Below, in pieces: positions 1 to 11,653 of a stretch of 64,000 nt of DNA. Each line of letters opens with the position of its first letter. Positions within the stretch are counted from its first letter, which is position 1. The notes beneath the pieces are model-generated. The model ran no database searches and was not told the origin of the DNA. It worked only from the letters and a program-made list of their open reading frames with translations. Position numbers and translations under genes: made by a program. This DNA is from Euprymna scolopes (Eukaryota): NCBI GenBank assembly GCA_053919585.1, contig CM132786.1; one strand, 5' to 3'.

Positions 1-227
1 ATATTTCAGTTTTGAAGGTTAAAATACATTAGATTGTATTGTGTGTGGTGGGGGTAGCAGATTCAGGTAAGCGTAGGTGGAGATATATGGATATAGGAGG
101 GGGAGGTGGAGAGAGGATGGTAAAAAAAGAGAGGGGGTAAGGAGAGGAGGGGGGAGGAGTTTCAATTTTTCAGTTTTAAATTTTAACTGCGTTTTGCTTG
201 TTCAGCAAGGTATATTAAGTAGATGAA

Positions 228-286
228 TGAGAGAGAGGGAAAGAGAGGGAGAGAGAGGGAGAGAGAGAGAGAGAGAGAGAGAGGGA
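228..286. repeat. (GA)n/(GAGAGGGA)n microsatellite
   Basis: Directly visible purine repeat. Confidence 0.95.
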
Positions 287-404
287 AAGGGTTAGTGTAG
301 ATGTCATATTTTTGACAAGTACAGGGTTCCATTTAAAATTTTCGTAGTTGCTATAGGTCGCCTTGTTCATTTCAGTTTACAATGGGTTGTTTTTTTTTTT
401 TAGA

Positions 405-500
405 ATTAACACACCAGTTCTTACCAAATCACTAAAGTTAAGCAACGTTGAGCCTTGCCAGTACCAGATGGGTGACCATTTTGGAAAAATATGAGGTTGG
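405..500 (+). pseudogene. 5S rRNA-derived segment (pseudogene or SINE3 head)
   Basis: aacacaccagttcttaccaaatcactaaagttaagcaacgttgagccttgccagtaccagatgggtgaccattttggaa is colinear with invertebrate 5S rRNA (AACACACCGGTTCTCGTCCGATCACCGAAGTTAAGC...GATGGGTGACC...GGGAA), including the box A/C region. The 5' end is missing and there are many substitutions. Confidence 0.75.
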
Positions 501-621
501 GAAACTGGTATGGTCTATTCTTCTCTTGAGGACAGATGGGCCTCTCTTAAGCCGTAGTAGGCAACCCATTAACCAGCTGCATGCTATGTTTTTTTATGTG
601 ATGTTATCTTCTTCTATTCTA

Positions 622-1268
622 TCTATTTTATTATTATTATATAAATAAAATGAACTCATTTTTTCCCGTCGGATTTTGACCTTAATAGGATTAAAAATCA
701 AGATATTTCATGCAAATACATTATGCACAAACGGCAGAACAATATCTGCGGTTTGTTATAGGCTTATTAGTTCTCAAATTCCTCGATAATCTTAGATTTC
801 TATACTTTTTCTGCTGAGAAGTCACGGCCAAAATCGGTTAAGATCAATGGAAGTGGTAAAATATTTTCTCTCTTAAAAATTCCTCCTCCCCCTGCCACCA
901 CTTAACACCGTTTGGAGATCGTTCACAAGGAACAGTTGAGAAGAGAACACCGGTTTGGCTTCGTGGTTCTCTCATGTGAAGTTATTTAAAATCACTAAAC
1001 TAAGCTGCAGTGCTCTGTGGCGTAGTGGTTAGGGTGCTGGACAATTCACATTATATTTTCACGTTCGCGCCGACCTACCATAGTGTTTTTTTTTTTTTTT
1101 CCTAAACAACTGGAATGGACTTTTCTTGGTGGCCGAACTGTTAACGTTGCAGATGTTTTTTTTTTTTTTTTTTCACACTTTATTTTCCTACTTTTACTCC
1201 ATAACATTGTTAAACCCCACCCCCGTCCCGGAAAAAAACACTCGGGCAACGCCGGGTACCCCCGCTAG
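622..1268 (+). mobile_element. Non-autonomous Helitron (H1)
   Basis: A|TCTATTTTATT...ATATAAATAAAA 5' end; 3' hairpin CTCGGGCAACGCCGGG (1241-1256) followed by CTAG|T. Confidence 0.8.
1010..1080 (+). other. tRNA-like (SINE-head) segment inside Helitron H1
   Basis: gctctgtggcgtagtggttagggtgctggac (A-box TGGCGTAGTGG) followed by a degenerate B-box-like gttcgcgcc and ending ...acca. It does not look like a functional cloverleaf. Confidence 0.55.
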
Positions 1269-2689
1269 TCGATAAATAAAATAAATGAACAAAGTGACAC
1301 ATAATGTACAAAATACAAAAAGGAAGAAAAAATTATTCCTACGACGGGCAGAATGACCCACAAAACAGCATTGCCGGTCTTGTCACAACATATCATCTCC
1401 CATTTTATTTTAAACGTATCACCTTGGTGACCTCAGTCTCAGTTGAAACCAGAGGAGTATCGCCAACTCTTTAACACAACATAAAGTAGAAGAGCTGGCT
1501 AAAAGAATACTCTCTCAGGTGTCTACAGACACAAAATCTGAAGGATTGTGGTTCCAAAGAAAACAGGGCAGACCTTTTATGGGAACTCAAGATGCCCATC
1601 CAATATATTTGCCATAGGAGCTATGCCATTATGCAACTCCAGCAGCTCCCCAGAAACAGCAGAAGGGGGCAACAGCCACAACAGCAGTAGCAACAGCAAC
1701 AAAGGATGACTGAAGCAAAATAGTAAAAGCAAGTACAAGAACAGCAATCTTCAGCCAACTCCACCTCAAAGGTTCCTCTCCAAGAAGATTTAATCCTGTA
1801 GCTTCCTGAAGAGACGAAAATGCCCATTTAGGAACTGTGTATACTAAAAATAAAAGCTGTTGGTTCTCTTGGCATCAGCCTCAGCAATAGATAATTACAG
1901 AAAAAAAAACTATAAAAAAAGCATTAAAGCCAATAAAATGACAATGAGGCTAGCCTTCTTTCCTCAAGAAAGATGAAACAGACTTCCCTACTCCGACCCC
2001 TCAACCCCAAACACCCACTCCTCCTTTTACTCTTTTTACTCCCCTTAGAAGAATAAGGGGCAACAAGGCTCCAACAAAAATAGGCCTGACTCTCCATCCC
2101 CTATAAATATCAAGACAGAGAAGATTCGGAAGCTCTCCTTCTTATCAGGGGACCGAACCTGCAAAGTTGATCTACTGCATGCAGCTGCGGATATTACAGT
2201 GTAGTAGAGTGGCTTCATAATGCCACTCCAGCTCCTTATTCAGATCTGTGTTTTAGATATCAGCAACCTGAAAAGTTTTGCTGATACCCTCTTAAGGAGG
2301 AACCGATCTACTGGGAATCCCAACAGGGTTGCACACGCATCTTTTGCAGGGTTAGAGAGCTCCTTTATTGAAATTTTGACTGTTTCAATGTCACTTTCAG
2401 ACTGTAGTGTCACATTACTCGCAGTGGGAGAAAATAAATAACTTCAGCTTAGCCTGGAAGCTAGGAGATTCCCAATCCCGACTTGCCTAGCTCTTGTCAA
2501 GTTAGTGAGCTCAGTAGCCGTGAGAACCAGGGCAGCAGTAGCAGTATACAAGCAGCCCTTTTTAGGGTTAACTACCAAGCCATTAATATGATTCAGACAA
2601 TTCTTTTTAAGGATGACTCACAAACTGCCTGAAGGCGATAAACACTCCATGACTTACTGCTGCCTGCCTTCCTAAACTTCCCTCACAGC

Positions 2690-3120
2690 CTGTCATTCCA
2701 GCCCGGTCCTTCTTCAACTCACTCCTGCAACTTCAAGTCCTTTAAATCCAGCGACCCCAGCTCACTCCTTCAGCTTCCTGCAACTCCAGTGGCTCCAGCT
2801 TACTCCTTCAGCTTCCTGCAACTCCACTGCTGCAGTTTATTGAAACCCTAGCGGCTCCAGCTCACTCATATGCTTCCCTACAGCTTCAATGCTTTCATCC
2901 ACCAACTCTAGCGGCTTTTGAAGCCGTGCTACCTGCTCCAGTCTTTGATGACGTGCACCTACCCCTTCCAGTGCTTACCAATGTCCAGTTACCAGTTTCC
3001 AGTCCCCACTGACGTCCAGCTACCAATTCCAGTAAGTGTTGACGTCCAGTACCCCACCAACGTCCATCCACCTGTTCCAGTATCAGATCCCATCTACTCA
3101 GATGAACTTGAGACACGTCA
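2690..3120. repeat. Imperfect C-rich short tandem repeats (possible retroelement gag/ORF1 relic)
   Basis: Recurrent ccagctcactccttcagcttcctgcaactcc and tgacgtccag..acc units; Pro-rich reading in ORF 2918-3175. Confidence 0.45.
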
Positions 3121-4014
3121 TCCTACTTCAGGGACACAAATTTTAAACCCTGTAAAACGCCTGTTTTCGTTTTGAACAATCCAGATACATTATTTTCATT
3201 GCCTCACGAGTTACCATTTTCCTATGGTAAATAAAACATGATATTGTGTTTGTCATCACTCCGCTATTGTCTGATGTCAACTTTAGTTATATGGTCGATT
3301 GGCACTTTGACTGTTCTGACCTCCTGCAACAATGTCTTTTTATGAATTTTTGTTACATATTTAAACTTATGTTTTAATGTATCTTTTTCAAATTGAATAC
3401 ATTTATTTACTACTAGACTATCCTTGACCCGTTGGGTCAGTATGTTATATTAGCTATGGAATTAATGTATGAGTGTGACACTTGTGATGTAAAGAAAATA
3501 GTTTTTTTTAACATAATGGAAACATTTCTATGAAAGTATATTAAAATGAAAAAAGAATATAGATAGATTGCTATGAGTCGTTCTGTTTATACTTGTTTAT
3601 TTTTGAAAAAAAACAAACTTACAGCCATTGAATTAAAAGTGTTTTGCCATACTTATAGGTAAATGTTCATTGAACAGATACCATAATACTTAAAGTTAAA
3701 TTAAAATTTTGATATATATTTTAATATAAACGCAAAAAAACAAAAAAACAATTGGGACGCTGAAAACATACAAAATAAAACAATACGTTTTATTGTCGCG
3801 TTGATTATTTATTTGCAACACAAATTAAAAAAAAATATTTTTTCGGAGTTATTTATTTATGTTGGTAGCGTAGAAGAAAATGTATAAATGTTTTTTAAGA
3901 AAGGTGTATTAAAAGATGGAAAATAGATAAAAAAAAAGAAGGCGGTGGGTAAATCGCTGTTGTAAAATGCTCTTATGGTTGTCAACGGGTTTAAGTAGAT
4001 TTATTTGTAAGAAA

Positions 4015-6420
4015 ATTTTTTTTTTTTTTTTTTTATAAAGGCATCACCACATTATCAAGGCCCAGAGGCCACTCAAGGATAAGGGTTAAAGAGTGTACAG
4101 TAGAAATTGGTCAATATAGTAATCATTAGTAATGAAAATTTGGTAAATTTAATAACTTATATGGAACGGCTCATCAAGAACTTATTTACTTTAGACTTGA
4201 ACACAACCATATTGTAGTCAGCCGGAAAGCAGGAAAAAGGAAGACAATTCCACAGGCGTGCAGTTCTAAGAAAGAAGCTTTGTTCATGGAATCTACGTTT
4301 AGGTTTAGGCACAGATAAAGAGTGGGGGAAATTATTGATAGTGTTTACAGCTAGACGAGTGTTTCTTGTGAAAGTTTGGCGAGGGGGGGACCATAGATTG
4401 AAGCTCAGTTGAACACTTCCCATGAAAATAACGATACATCAGAGACAAACTCGCAACATCTCTTCTGTGAGATAGAGGTTGCAAGGAGGAGAAAAGGACA
4501 TCTCCTACGAGGCTACGAAGTCTATTTTGAACTCTATCAAGGCAGGACAAGTCCTTTCTAGCAGCTCCTGCCCAGATGTGGCAACAGTATTCCATCCTTG
4601 GACGTACCTGGCTCTTATATAGGTAGAGAATAGCATCAGCAGTGAGATATCTACTGGATCGATAGAAAGATCCCACCATTTTTCCAGCGGCCTTGGCAAC
4701 AGATTTGATATACGTGTTCCATTTAAGATCAGGAGTAATGGTCAAGCCCAGAAGCTTGTCAAAACTTGAGGCCTCCTGAAGACAAGAGCCATTCATTTCA
4801 ATTGATGACAAATGTGAATTAGAATGTTGATGATGTAAAGAGAGAAGCTTGGTTTTAGATGCATTAAAAGTAACCAGCCACTCCTTTCCCCATTGTACTA
4901 CGTGCTCAAGATCAGAGGAGAGAGAATTGGAGAGAACTTGGTCGTTTACTGTCTTAGATGTGGTACCATAAATGGTAGTGTCGTCAGCATAAATGTCTAC
5001 AAATGATGTAAGGATATGATTTGGAAGATCATTAATGTAGATCAGGAAAAGAGTTGGGCCCAGGATGGATCCCTGAGGGACACCGGCATTAATACTGTGA
5101 GCTTCTGATTTTTGCCCCTCAACTACTACTCTTATGAACCTATCAGAAAGAAATGATTTAATAATTGAGAAGATTTTTCCAGCTATACCATAGCTAGCGA
5201 TCTTATGAAGTAAACCTTTATGCCATACCCTATCAAAGGCTTTAGATATGTCAATAGCAATTGCCCTAGAAAGATTGCCACTGTCGAGAGATTTGCTAAT
5301 CCTATGCAATATAACTGTAAGGACATCTGCTGTAGATCTAGCAGAACGGAAACCATATTGAGTGTCACTAAGAAGGTTATTTTTGTTGAGATGTTTGATT
5401 ACTTCTGTATTTAACACAGATTCTAGCAACTTACTCATGACGCACAGGAGACTTATTGGCCTGTACTGAGATGGGGATGAGCGATCACCTGAATTCTTAA
5501 ATACAGAGCATACTGATGAGATTTTCCAGGGAGATGGGAAACTATTCTCCTTAAGACAACGTTTAAACAGTTTTGTAAGTATGGGCGCTAATTCAGGTTG
5601 AAGTTTTTTGAGTACTATAATTGGAATACCATCAGGGCCAGTTGCTTTACTCGAATCAAGGTTTTTGATTAGCTTGGCAACATCACGTACAGATATACGT
5701 ATATCACATAGCGTGTTTTCTGATACAGGAGGAAATATTGGGGGTTGGCGGTCTTGGTCGCAAAGGGTAGAATTAGCTGCAAAGTTCTTGACAAAGAGTT
5801 TGGCTTTGTCTGATGCTGACGAGATTACCTCAGGTCCATTGATAATAGTTGGGATGGAGCACACGCTTCTGTTCAGGATTCTGTTTGCTATTTGCCAAAA
5901 CTGGTGGGAACCAAGCCGCTGCTCAGCTACTTTGGACTTAACAGATTGAGCATACAACTCTCTTGCGTTCCTTATTACTTTCTTACAATGGTTGCTGGCA
6001 GTCCTGAAAACGGCTTTAGTTTCCATACATCTATTACGTTTGAAGCAGTGGAAAAAGTGATTTCTGTGCGCAATGGCAGCAGCACATTCTGGAGAGAACC
6101 ATGGCTGGCTGTTAGGTTTTTGCTGAAACTTTTAGAGGGTATGAAATGGTCAATACCTACAATTAACCATTCAGTTAGGTCTAATACTATAGAGGACACA
6201 TCCTTTTTAAACATGGAATGCAGAGGTAGATCAGATATAAATGTACGGAAGCTATCCCAGTCAGCCTTAGTGTATCGATATACTGTACGATGAAGAGGTA
6301 CGTCTGGGGACTTATTACATTTCATTTTTATCTTAATTGATACAACAGAGTGGTCGGAAGATCCAAGAGGTGACAGAACAGAAACTGAACATAGTTCAGG
6401 GCAAGTTGTGAGAAAAAGGT
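4015..6420 (-). mobile_element. 5'-truncated APE-type LINE (CR1/Jockey group), young copy
   Basis: Poly(A) tail (T-run 4015-4034), 3' UTR, RT ORF, and the C-terminal end of the APE endonuclease (LFLTTCPEL...SPLGSSDH) at 6340-6418. Frameshifts near 6100 and in the G-run at ~4385. Confidence 0.95.
4332..6026 (-). CDS. LINE reverse transcriptase (ORF2 fragment, 564 aa)
   Basis: Motifs KATGPDGI, YRPISLL, QYGFR, DISKAFDRV, GVPQGSILGP, YADD, RPRMEY. Confidence 0.95.
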   Translation of the reverse strand: METKAVFRTASNHCKKVIRNARELYAQSVKSKVAEQRLGSHQFWQIANRILNRSVCSIPTIINGPEVISSASDKAKLFVKNFAANSTLCDQDRQPPIFPPVSENTLCDIRISVRDVAKLIKNLDSSKATGPDGIPIIVLKKLQPELAPILTKLFKRCLKENSFPSPWKISSVCSVFKNSGDRSSPSQYRPISLLCVMSKLLESVLNTEVIKHLNKNNLLSDTQYGFRSARSTADVLTVILHRISKSLDSGNLSRAIAIDISKAFDRVWHKGLLHKIASYGIAGKIFSIIKSFLSDRFIRVVVEGQKSEAHSINAGVPQGSILGPTLFLIYINDLPNHILTSFVDIYADDTTIYGTTSKTVNDQVLSNSLSSDLEHVVQWGKEWLVTFNASKTKLLSLHHQHSNSHLSSIEMNGSCLQEASSFDKLLGLTITPDLKWNTYIKSVAKAAGKMVGSFYRSSRYLTADAILYLYKSQVRPRMEYCCHIWAGAARKDLSCLDRVQNRLRSLVGDVLFSSLQPLSHRRDVASLSLMYRYFHGKCSTELQSMVPPSPNFHKKHSSSCKHYQ

Positions 6421-7254
6421 GTTAAAATAACTTAAACGTAATACGGAAATGAACGATGTAAAAAAATGCAGAAAGTATTAACAATTGTTTATTTGGATAA
6501 TTTAAATGCAAAAAAAAAACAAAAAACAAAAAACAATTGCGACGCTGAAAACGTACACAGTAAAGCAATACGTTTTATTGTCGCATTGATTATTTGTTTA
6601 TGTACGCATGCGCAACCGGAAGTCGTAAATCGGATGTTGGGTTACAACACCCGTTACAAGGTCATTTGAATTTTATAATTATATAAATTGTAGATTAACA
6701 TACTTAGCTAAATCACTTACATTTTTAGGCGATATTGTGTGAACACCCTGTCAAACTTTAAAGGAAGAAAACATAAAATACAAATTTAAAGTAGGGGATA
6801 AGTTTCACATATAAATTTACCATAAAATCAGTTTCCATTTCCGAGTCATTCAATCATTGTATAGCAGTTAATTAAAAATTGTTATTTTTCTCTGTGAGAT
6901 AAATTATGTGCGTTTATTCTTTTTGAGGGTACTTTTTTAAGGTAGCATAGTTTTACGATGTTTCTAGTCAGGCTTAGGATCAATGGTAAAAGATTGTAGC
7001 GAACATCCATAAAAAGTTAAAGTGTTTTGTAAATGATGATTAATGATTATAAAATTATTGGCTCTAAACAGCTTCCATGACCAGAATTTTTAATTTTCTA
7101 AGAAAATTACTTTCCATTGTTCCTTTCAAATTTCGAACAGTTACAAAATAACTGAATTTTTATCTCGTAATAGGATTTTAATTAATTAATTATTAAAATA
7201 TTCTTTTTTTATTTGCATTTTCATCCCAAACAAGACACAGTGACACTTTGATAT

Positions 7255-7545
7255 AGGAGGCCACTATCTGTAACATAATTGTAGGGACACTATGTAGGGA
7301 GTTTAGCAGCAAGATGACTGTTTACATTGCACTTGAACTTCTGCATGTCAGTACAGTCGGAGAAACAGGAACCTGGAAGTGAATTCCAAAGTCTAGCAGT
7401 TCTGAGGAAGAAACTATCAGAGTAGAAGGTTTTCTGGCATCTGGGGATCTCTACTGTGTAGGGGTGGGATTTTGTTGCTTGTCAGGTTTGTCGGGGTATT
7501 TACATCGAGGGGGTACAAGTGCTTGTAGTTCGTCGGAGCATCATA
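7255..7545 (-). mobile_element. Old CR1-like LINE 3' fragment
   Basis: Minus-strand reading resembles the ORF2 C-terminus (SFFLRTARLWNS..PVS) of the 4015-6420 LINE. Confidence 0.6.
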
Positions 7546-7769
7546 CATTTAACATAAAATGAGTTTCCATTTCCGAGACATGCAAGCATTGTATAACAGA
7601 TAAGTAAAAATCGTCATTTTTCTGTGAATACAAGAATCGTGTTTTTAGAAAATTCGATTTTATTTACTATAAAACAACAGTAAATATTTTTTAATATTTA
7701 TTTTTTTAATATTATTTTTTAAAATTATATCCCCCTAGAACTACCCTAACATCTATTTCCAATTGATGT

Positions 7770-8640
7770 GTATTACATAGTTGCCTAATTTTCCTACCTT
7801 GCCAAATTGTCTTAAATTCATTGACAGTAGCAATAATCGACAAATCTTTATAATTATGGTAACATCATGAAATATATATTTGCAAATACTTCCAAATTTC
7901 TGTGAAGTACATATTCGCTACAAAAAATATTGAATCAATTATTGGGTTCACATACGGACTATATTGTACTGAAACTATTGTCATTGATATCAATTTCAAG
8001 AACTTGATTGGCCATGCTACGAGATAGAGTGTAAGCGAGAGGATTCTTAGTAAAGAAAGGTCTTACATGATTAGTGCTAACTTTAAGCACTGGATAGCAT
8101 AGTTTTGAACTTTAAAATTTTAAGCGATAATGGCAGGAAATTCAAAACTAATCATTTCAAAACATATATATTGTATATTATTGTATGTACTACTGCTACT
8201 GAGAGTTCTTTGAGTAATGACTTAAATGAACGTCATAATGGGATATTGTACGAAATGCTAAAAAGGATTTCCGAGAACACAATTTGTCATTTCATTACTA
8301 GCATGTGATATATGCAAAGAATACCTTCTGCATAGTTCACAAAGTTAGTCTTAATAAAACGGTTTTCGGTAGGAACCTGTTCCGTTTTCTGAATAACAAA
8401 TTCCTCACAATACAAGTTATTTTCACCAATAAGAGTGTTGCTAGTAACTCCAATGCCATGCATACAGCTAAAAAAGTTATAATGTGTGGGAGTTTGGAAA
8501 AAATTAAGACGCCATCAAGTTAGAACTGGTATAATACAAACATACAAAAAACAATGATATTGTTTTTAAAAGAGAAATCTCTATGATCGATGGCTTAGTC
8601 TAGGAACTATTTTAGGGTGGAAGTATAAAAAGGTGCTTTT
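7770..8640 (+). mobile_element. Degenerate Ty1/Copia (GalEa-like) integrase relic
   Basis: ILSDNGRKF...TTATESSLSNDLNERHNGIL...AKNT...VHKVSLNKTVFGRN matches the integrase core pattern SDNGGEF / TTAAESPWSNGLxERHN / AKNSLxNVHGFSPxQLVFGRN. Confidence 0.7.
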
Positions 8641-8957
8641 TTAAATATGGAAACACGTCAAATGACTCACTTAGAAGTATGGTCAAGTTTCTATGAAAGT
8701 GAATGACCACTTTACGAAACTGACCTAAAGAAATGCCAAATATATCAATTTCTAAAGAAAAAAAACATGAATAAAAAATGTTGAACAACAAAGTGTGTGA
8801 AAGTGAGATAGAAAGACAGAGACATATCTGAAGAGATGGACTATCTAAACAAAACCACAGTCTAAAGACAAGTTTCCTAAACCAGGATAAACTTTTAAAT
8901 GCTGCTGTTGCTTATGACTACTAAGTATATTAAATAGCTACATAAATGTTAGCCTTT

Positions 8958-8958
<1 letters not shown>

Positions 8959-9034
<76 letters not shown>

Positions 9035-9072
9035 GTGAGAGTGAGAGAGAGTGAGTGAGTGATTGATTGATT
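8959..9072. repeat. Compound (GA)n-(GAGT)n-(GATT)n microsatellite
   Basis: Directly visible. Confidence 0.95.
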
Positions 9073-9769
9073 ATGTTTAAATCATTTTTATTTTATTTAT
9101 CTTACTCTTATTAAAGTTTGAAATAATTCTTTAGAGTATCACACCATGGGTAAGCAACAAGGTAAATATAATTGTTAAAATTTTTCGAATTTTACATTCA
9201 CCTTATATTTTATTTTTCATTTCTTTTGTATGAAGTATAACTGAAGTGCCTTTGTTGATAAAAAAACACATTGAAATAGCGAATGCTATTTTATAATTTC
9301 CGTTTCGAAAGAGCAGCTGTTCGTAAATGTGAAATCTTATTCAATCAACATGATGGAGAAGGCTGTTATTCCTGCCGGTGGCAATTTTTTCCATAATCTT
9401 CCAATTTCAAACATTAAAAAAATTACTTCAAAATCTTTGTTAGGGAAAATAATTAAAGTTGCAGGTTAAGAATTCTATCCGAAGTAATCTGCTCAGAGAG
9501 AGGACCTTAACAACAAATGTAATAATTAGTGCTTGTCTTAGGATGCATGTGGGTGAAAACAGTTGGCTTTAAGGATCTTGCTTTCAGCCAGGAGAACAGA
9601 GTTCATAACTGAGAGTTTTTTAATTTAGTCATAATTCATTTAGTTATAACGATTTCAAAACTAACCTTAAAGGATTTCTAGTAGTTTTATAGCAGAATTT
9701 GCTGGCTCTGACAACTTGTTATTACTTCCTAAGCGTAATTATTTTCAATATTAAAACATTAATTAAAAG

Positions 9770-10366
9770 CTAGCGGGCCCTGTGGAAAATTCCACAGGGG
9801 ACTCACTCATCTGTAATATATTGATGTTGGTATTCTGTAGATGTTCGGTGTACATGGAGACACTCTGATATTATTGTAGCTTTTTTGTTAAAACTGCAAA
9901 AGTATCTATCTAAGCAAGTACGAATGTAAAGTATACTTAAATATGATATTTTAATTCTTGCAGACTTCGTATATATTATTATAGAGTTGATTTTTATATA
10001 TTATAAAGTTGTGATTTCAAAAATAAAAAAGTATATCCATATGACTTGGGTGCATTAGCTTGAATCGAAACCGAAATAAAAACTTATGAAAAAATATATG
10101 TATATATATATATATAGTTTGAGTTCTTTCAGCCATAATCGAAACCGAAACCAAAACTCATGAAGAATTCTTGATAAAATTATTTATAAAAAAAAAAAAT
10201 AGATGAATTAAGTGCCATCAGTTATAATCGAAACTGAAACCAAAACTTATGAAGAATTCTTGGTAAAATTATTTATGACAAGAAATGGAAGTACATAACA
10301 ATTAAAGGGCCCAGATATAAGCGTGATACAGAAAATAACACACACGCTATTGTATTAATATATAGA
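9770..10366 (-). mobile_element. Non-autonomous Helitron (H3)
   Basis: 3' hairpin CCCTGTGGAA-tt-TTCCACAGGG plus CTAG; 5' TCTATATATTAATACAATAG; internal repeats of atcgaaaccgaaaccaaaactyatgaag. Confidence 0.8.
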
Positions 10367-10548
10367 TAGTATAAGTGAACATGGGCGAGTCTGTCTCGTC
10401 TCAATAATCATGCATACAAATTTATTAAAAAAATGAAAAATAAGCTTAAGCTTAATCCTAATAATAACTGATAATAATAAAAAAGGAAATAATAATTATA
10501 TATGCCAATCAAATTTTTATGACCAAAGGAGATACAGCGTAATCTCAA

Positions 10549-11487
10549 TCTATATATATCTATAAAAGTGAAAGTGTGTGTGTGTGTGTGTGTACATTTC
10601 CCTACCGACTAACTCTGTCAATTTTCGGTCTAGAGACTCGAGATTTGATATAAGTGGTATAGAGATTTGGAAAAATCTTTTTAATCGGTTTTAGGCCGGA
10701 AATTTAACTGTCAACGGGTCAAAGATCAACGATTTGACCATTGCAAACTCTACCAAACTCCCCCACCAAATTTTGAGTCAAAACACTTGAAATTTTAAAT
10801 ATAGGTTACTTGGACATGGATCAAACTTTATAATTTGATTTGATCCCCAAAAAATAGATGTTAAAAGGTCAAAATTGGGGTCTAAATTAAAAAAACTTTG
10901 ACCTCGGCGGTTTCTACCAAATTACTCAGTCAATTTCTGGCCTAAATATTTGAAATTTTGCATAAAGGATATTCAGAGATAGGGCAAGCTTTTTAATCCG
11001 TTTGGGTCGAAAATTTGTGCTGCCAAGGGGTCAAAGCTCAAAAGATTTGACCTTTTCGGTGTCTAGCACACTACTCAGCCAATTTTAGGTCCAAACATTT
11101 GAAATTTATACATAACGGGTCTTCAGACATGTGGCAAGCATTTTAATCAGTTTTGGGGCGAAAATTTGGCTGCCAAAAGGTAAAAATTAAAAGAGTTGAC
11201 CTTTTCAAATTCTACCAAATTCCTCTGCCAATTTTGGGTCTAAAGACTTGAAATTTTAGATATAGGTAACTTGGACATAGATAAAACTTTGTATTTTGAT
11301 TTGAGACCAAAATAATAAATGTTAAGGGGTCAAAATTGGGGTCAAACTTAAAAAATATTGACCTTTGTGGTTTCTACGAAAATACTCAGGCAAATTTTTG
11401 TCTATTGTATTGCCCTAAGTGTATTCACATGTAGGGCAAGTTATGAACAGTACATAGGGCCCGGGCAAATCCAAGCTGAACTGCTAG
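10549..11487 (+). mobile_element. Non-autonomous Helitron (H4) with about six internal 150-160 bp subrepeats
   Basis: A|TCTATATATATCTATAAAAG, (TG)n, a degenerate hairpin and CTAG|T. A homologous copy lies inverted at 57385-58245. Confidence 0.85.
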
Positions 11488-11585
11488 TAATAGATAATAA
11501 AAAATAATCAATACAAAAATATTCCCTTATTCTTGATAATTTTGTGACTAAAATAAGCTCCATCATTTGCAGATTCAGGGTGCAG

Positions 11586-11588
<3 letters not shown>

Positions 11589-11650
<62 letters not shown>
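11589..11650. repeat. (GA)n microsatellite
   Basis: Directly visible. Confidence 0.97.

Positions 11651-11653
<3 letters not shown>

Larger units (their letters stand above)
3413..6694 (-). mobile_element. Non-autonomous Helitron (H2), interrupted by a LINE
   Basis: Minus-strand 3' end: hairpin TGACCC-aac-GGGTCA then CTAG|T at 3413. 5' end A|TCTACAATTTATATAATT at 6694. An internal subrepeat (gacgctgaaaac...caatacgttttattgtcgc.ttgattattt) occurs on both sides of the LINE (~3755, ~6541). Confidence 0.75.

Noticed and set aside
1010-1080. Functional tRNA gene
   Set aside because: The anticodon and T arms are degenerate, and it lies inside a Helitron.
5608-6293. Plus-strand ORFs of 113 and 133 aa
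   Set aside because: Antisense shadows of the LINE ORF2.
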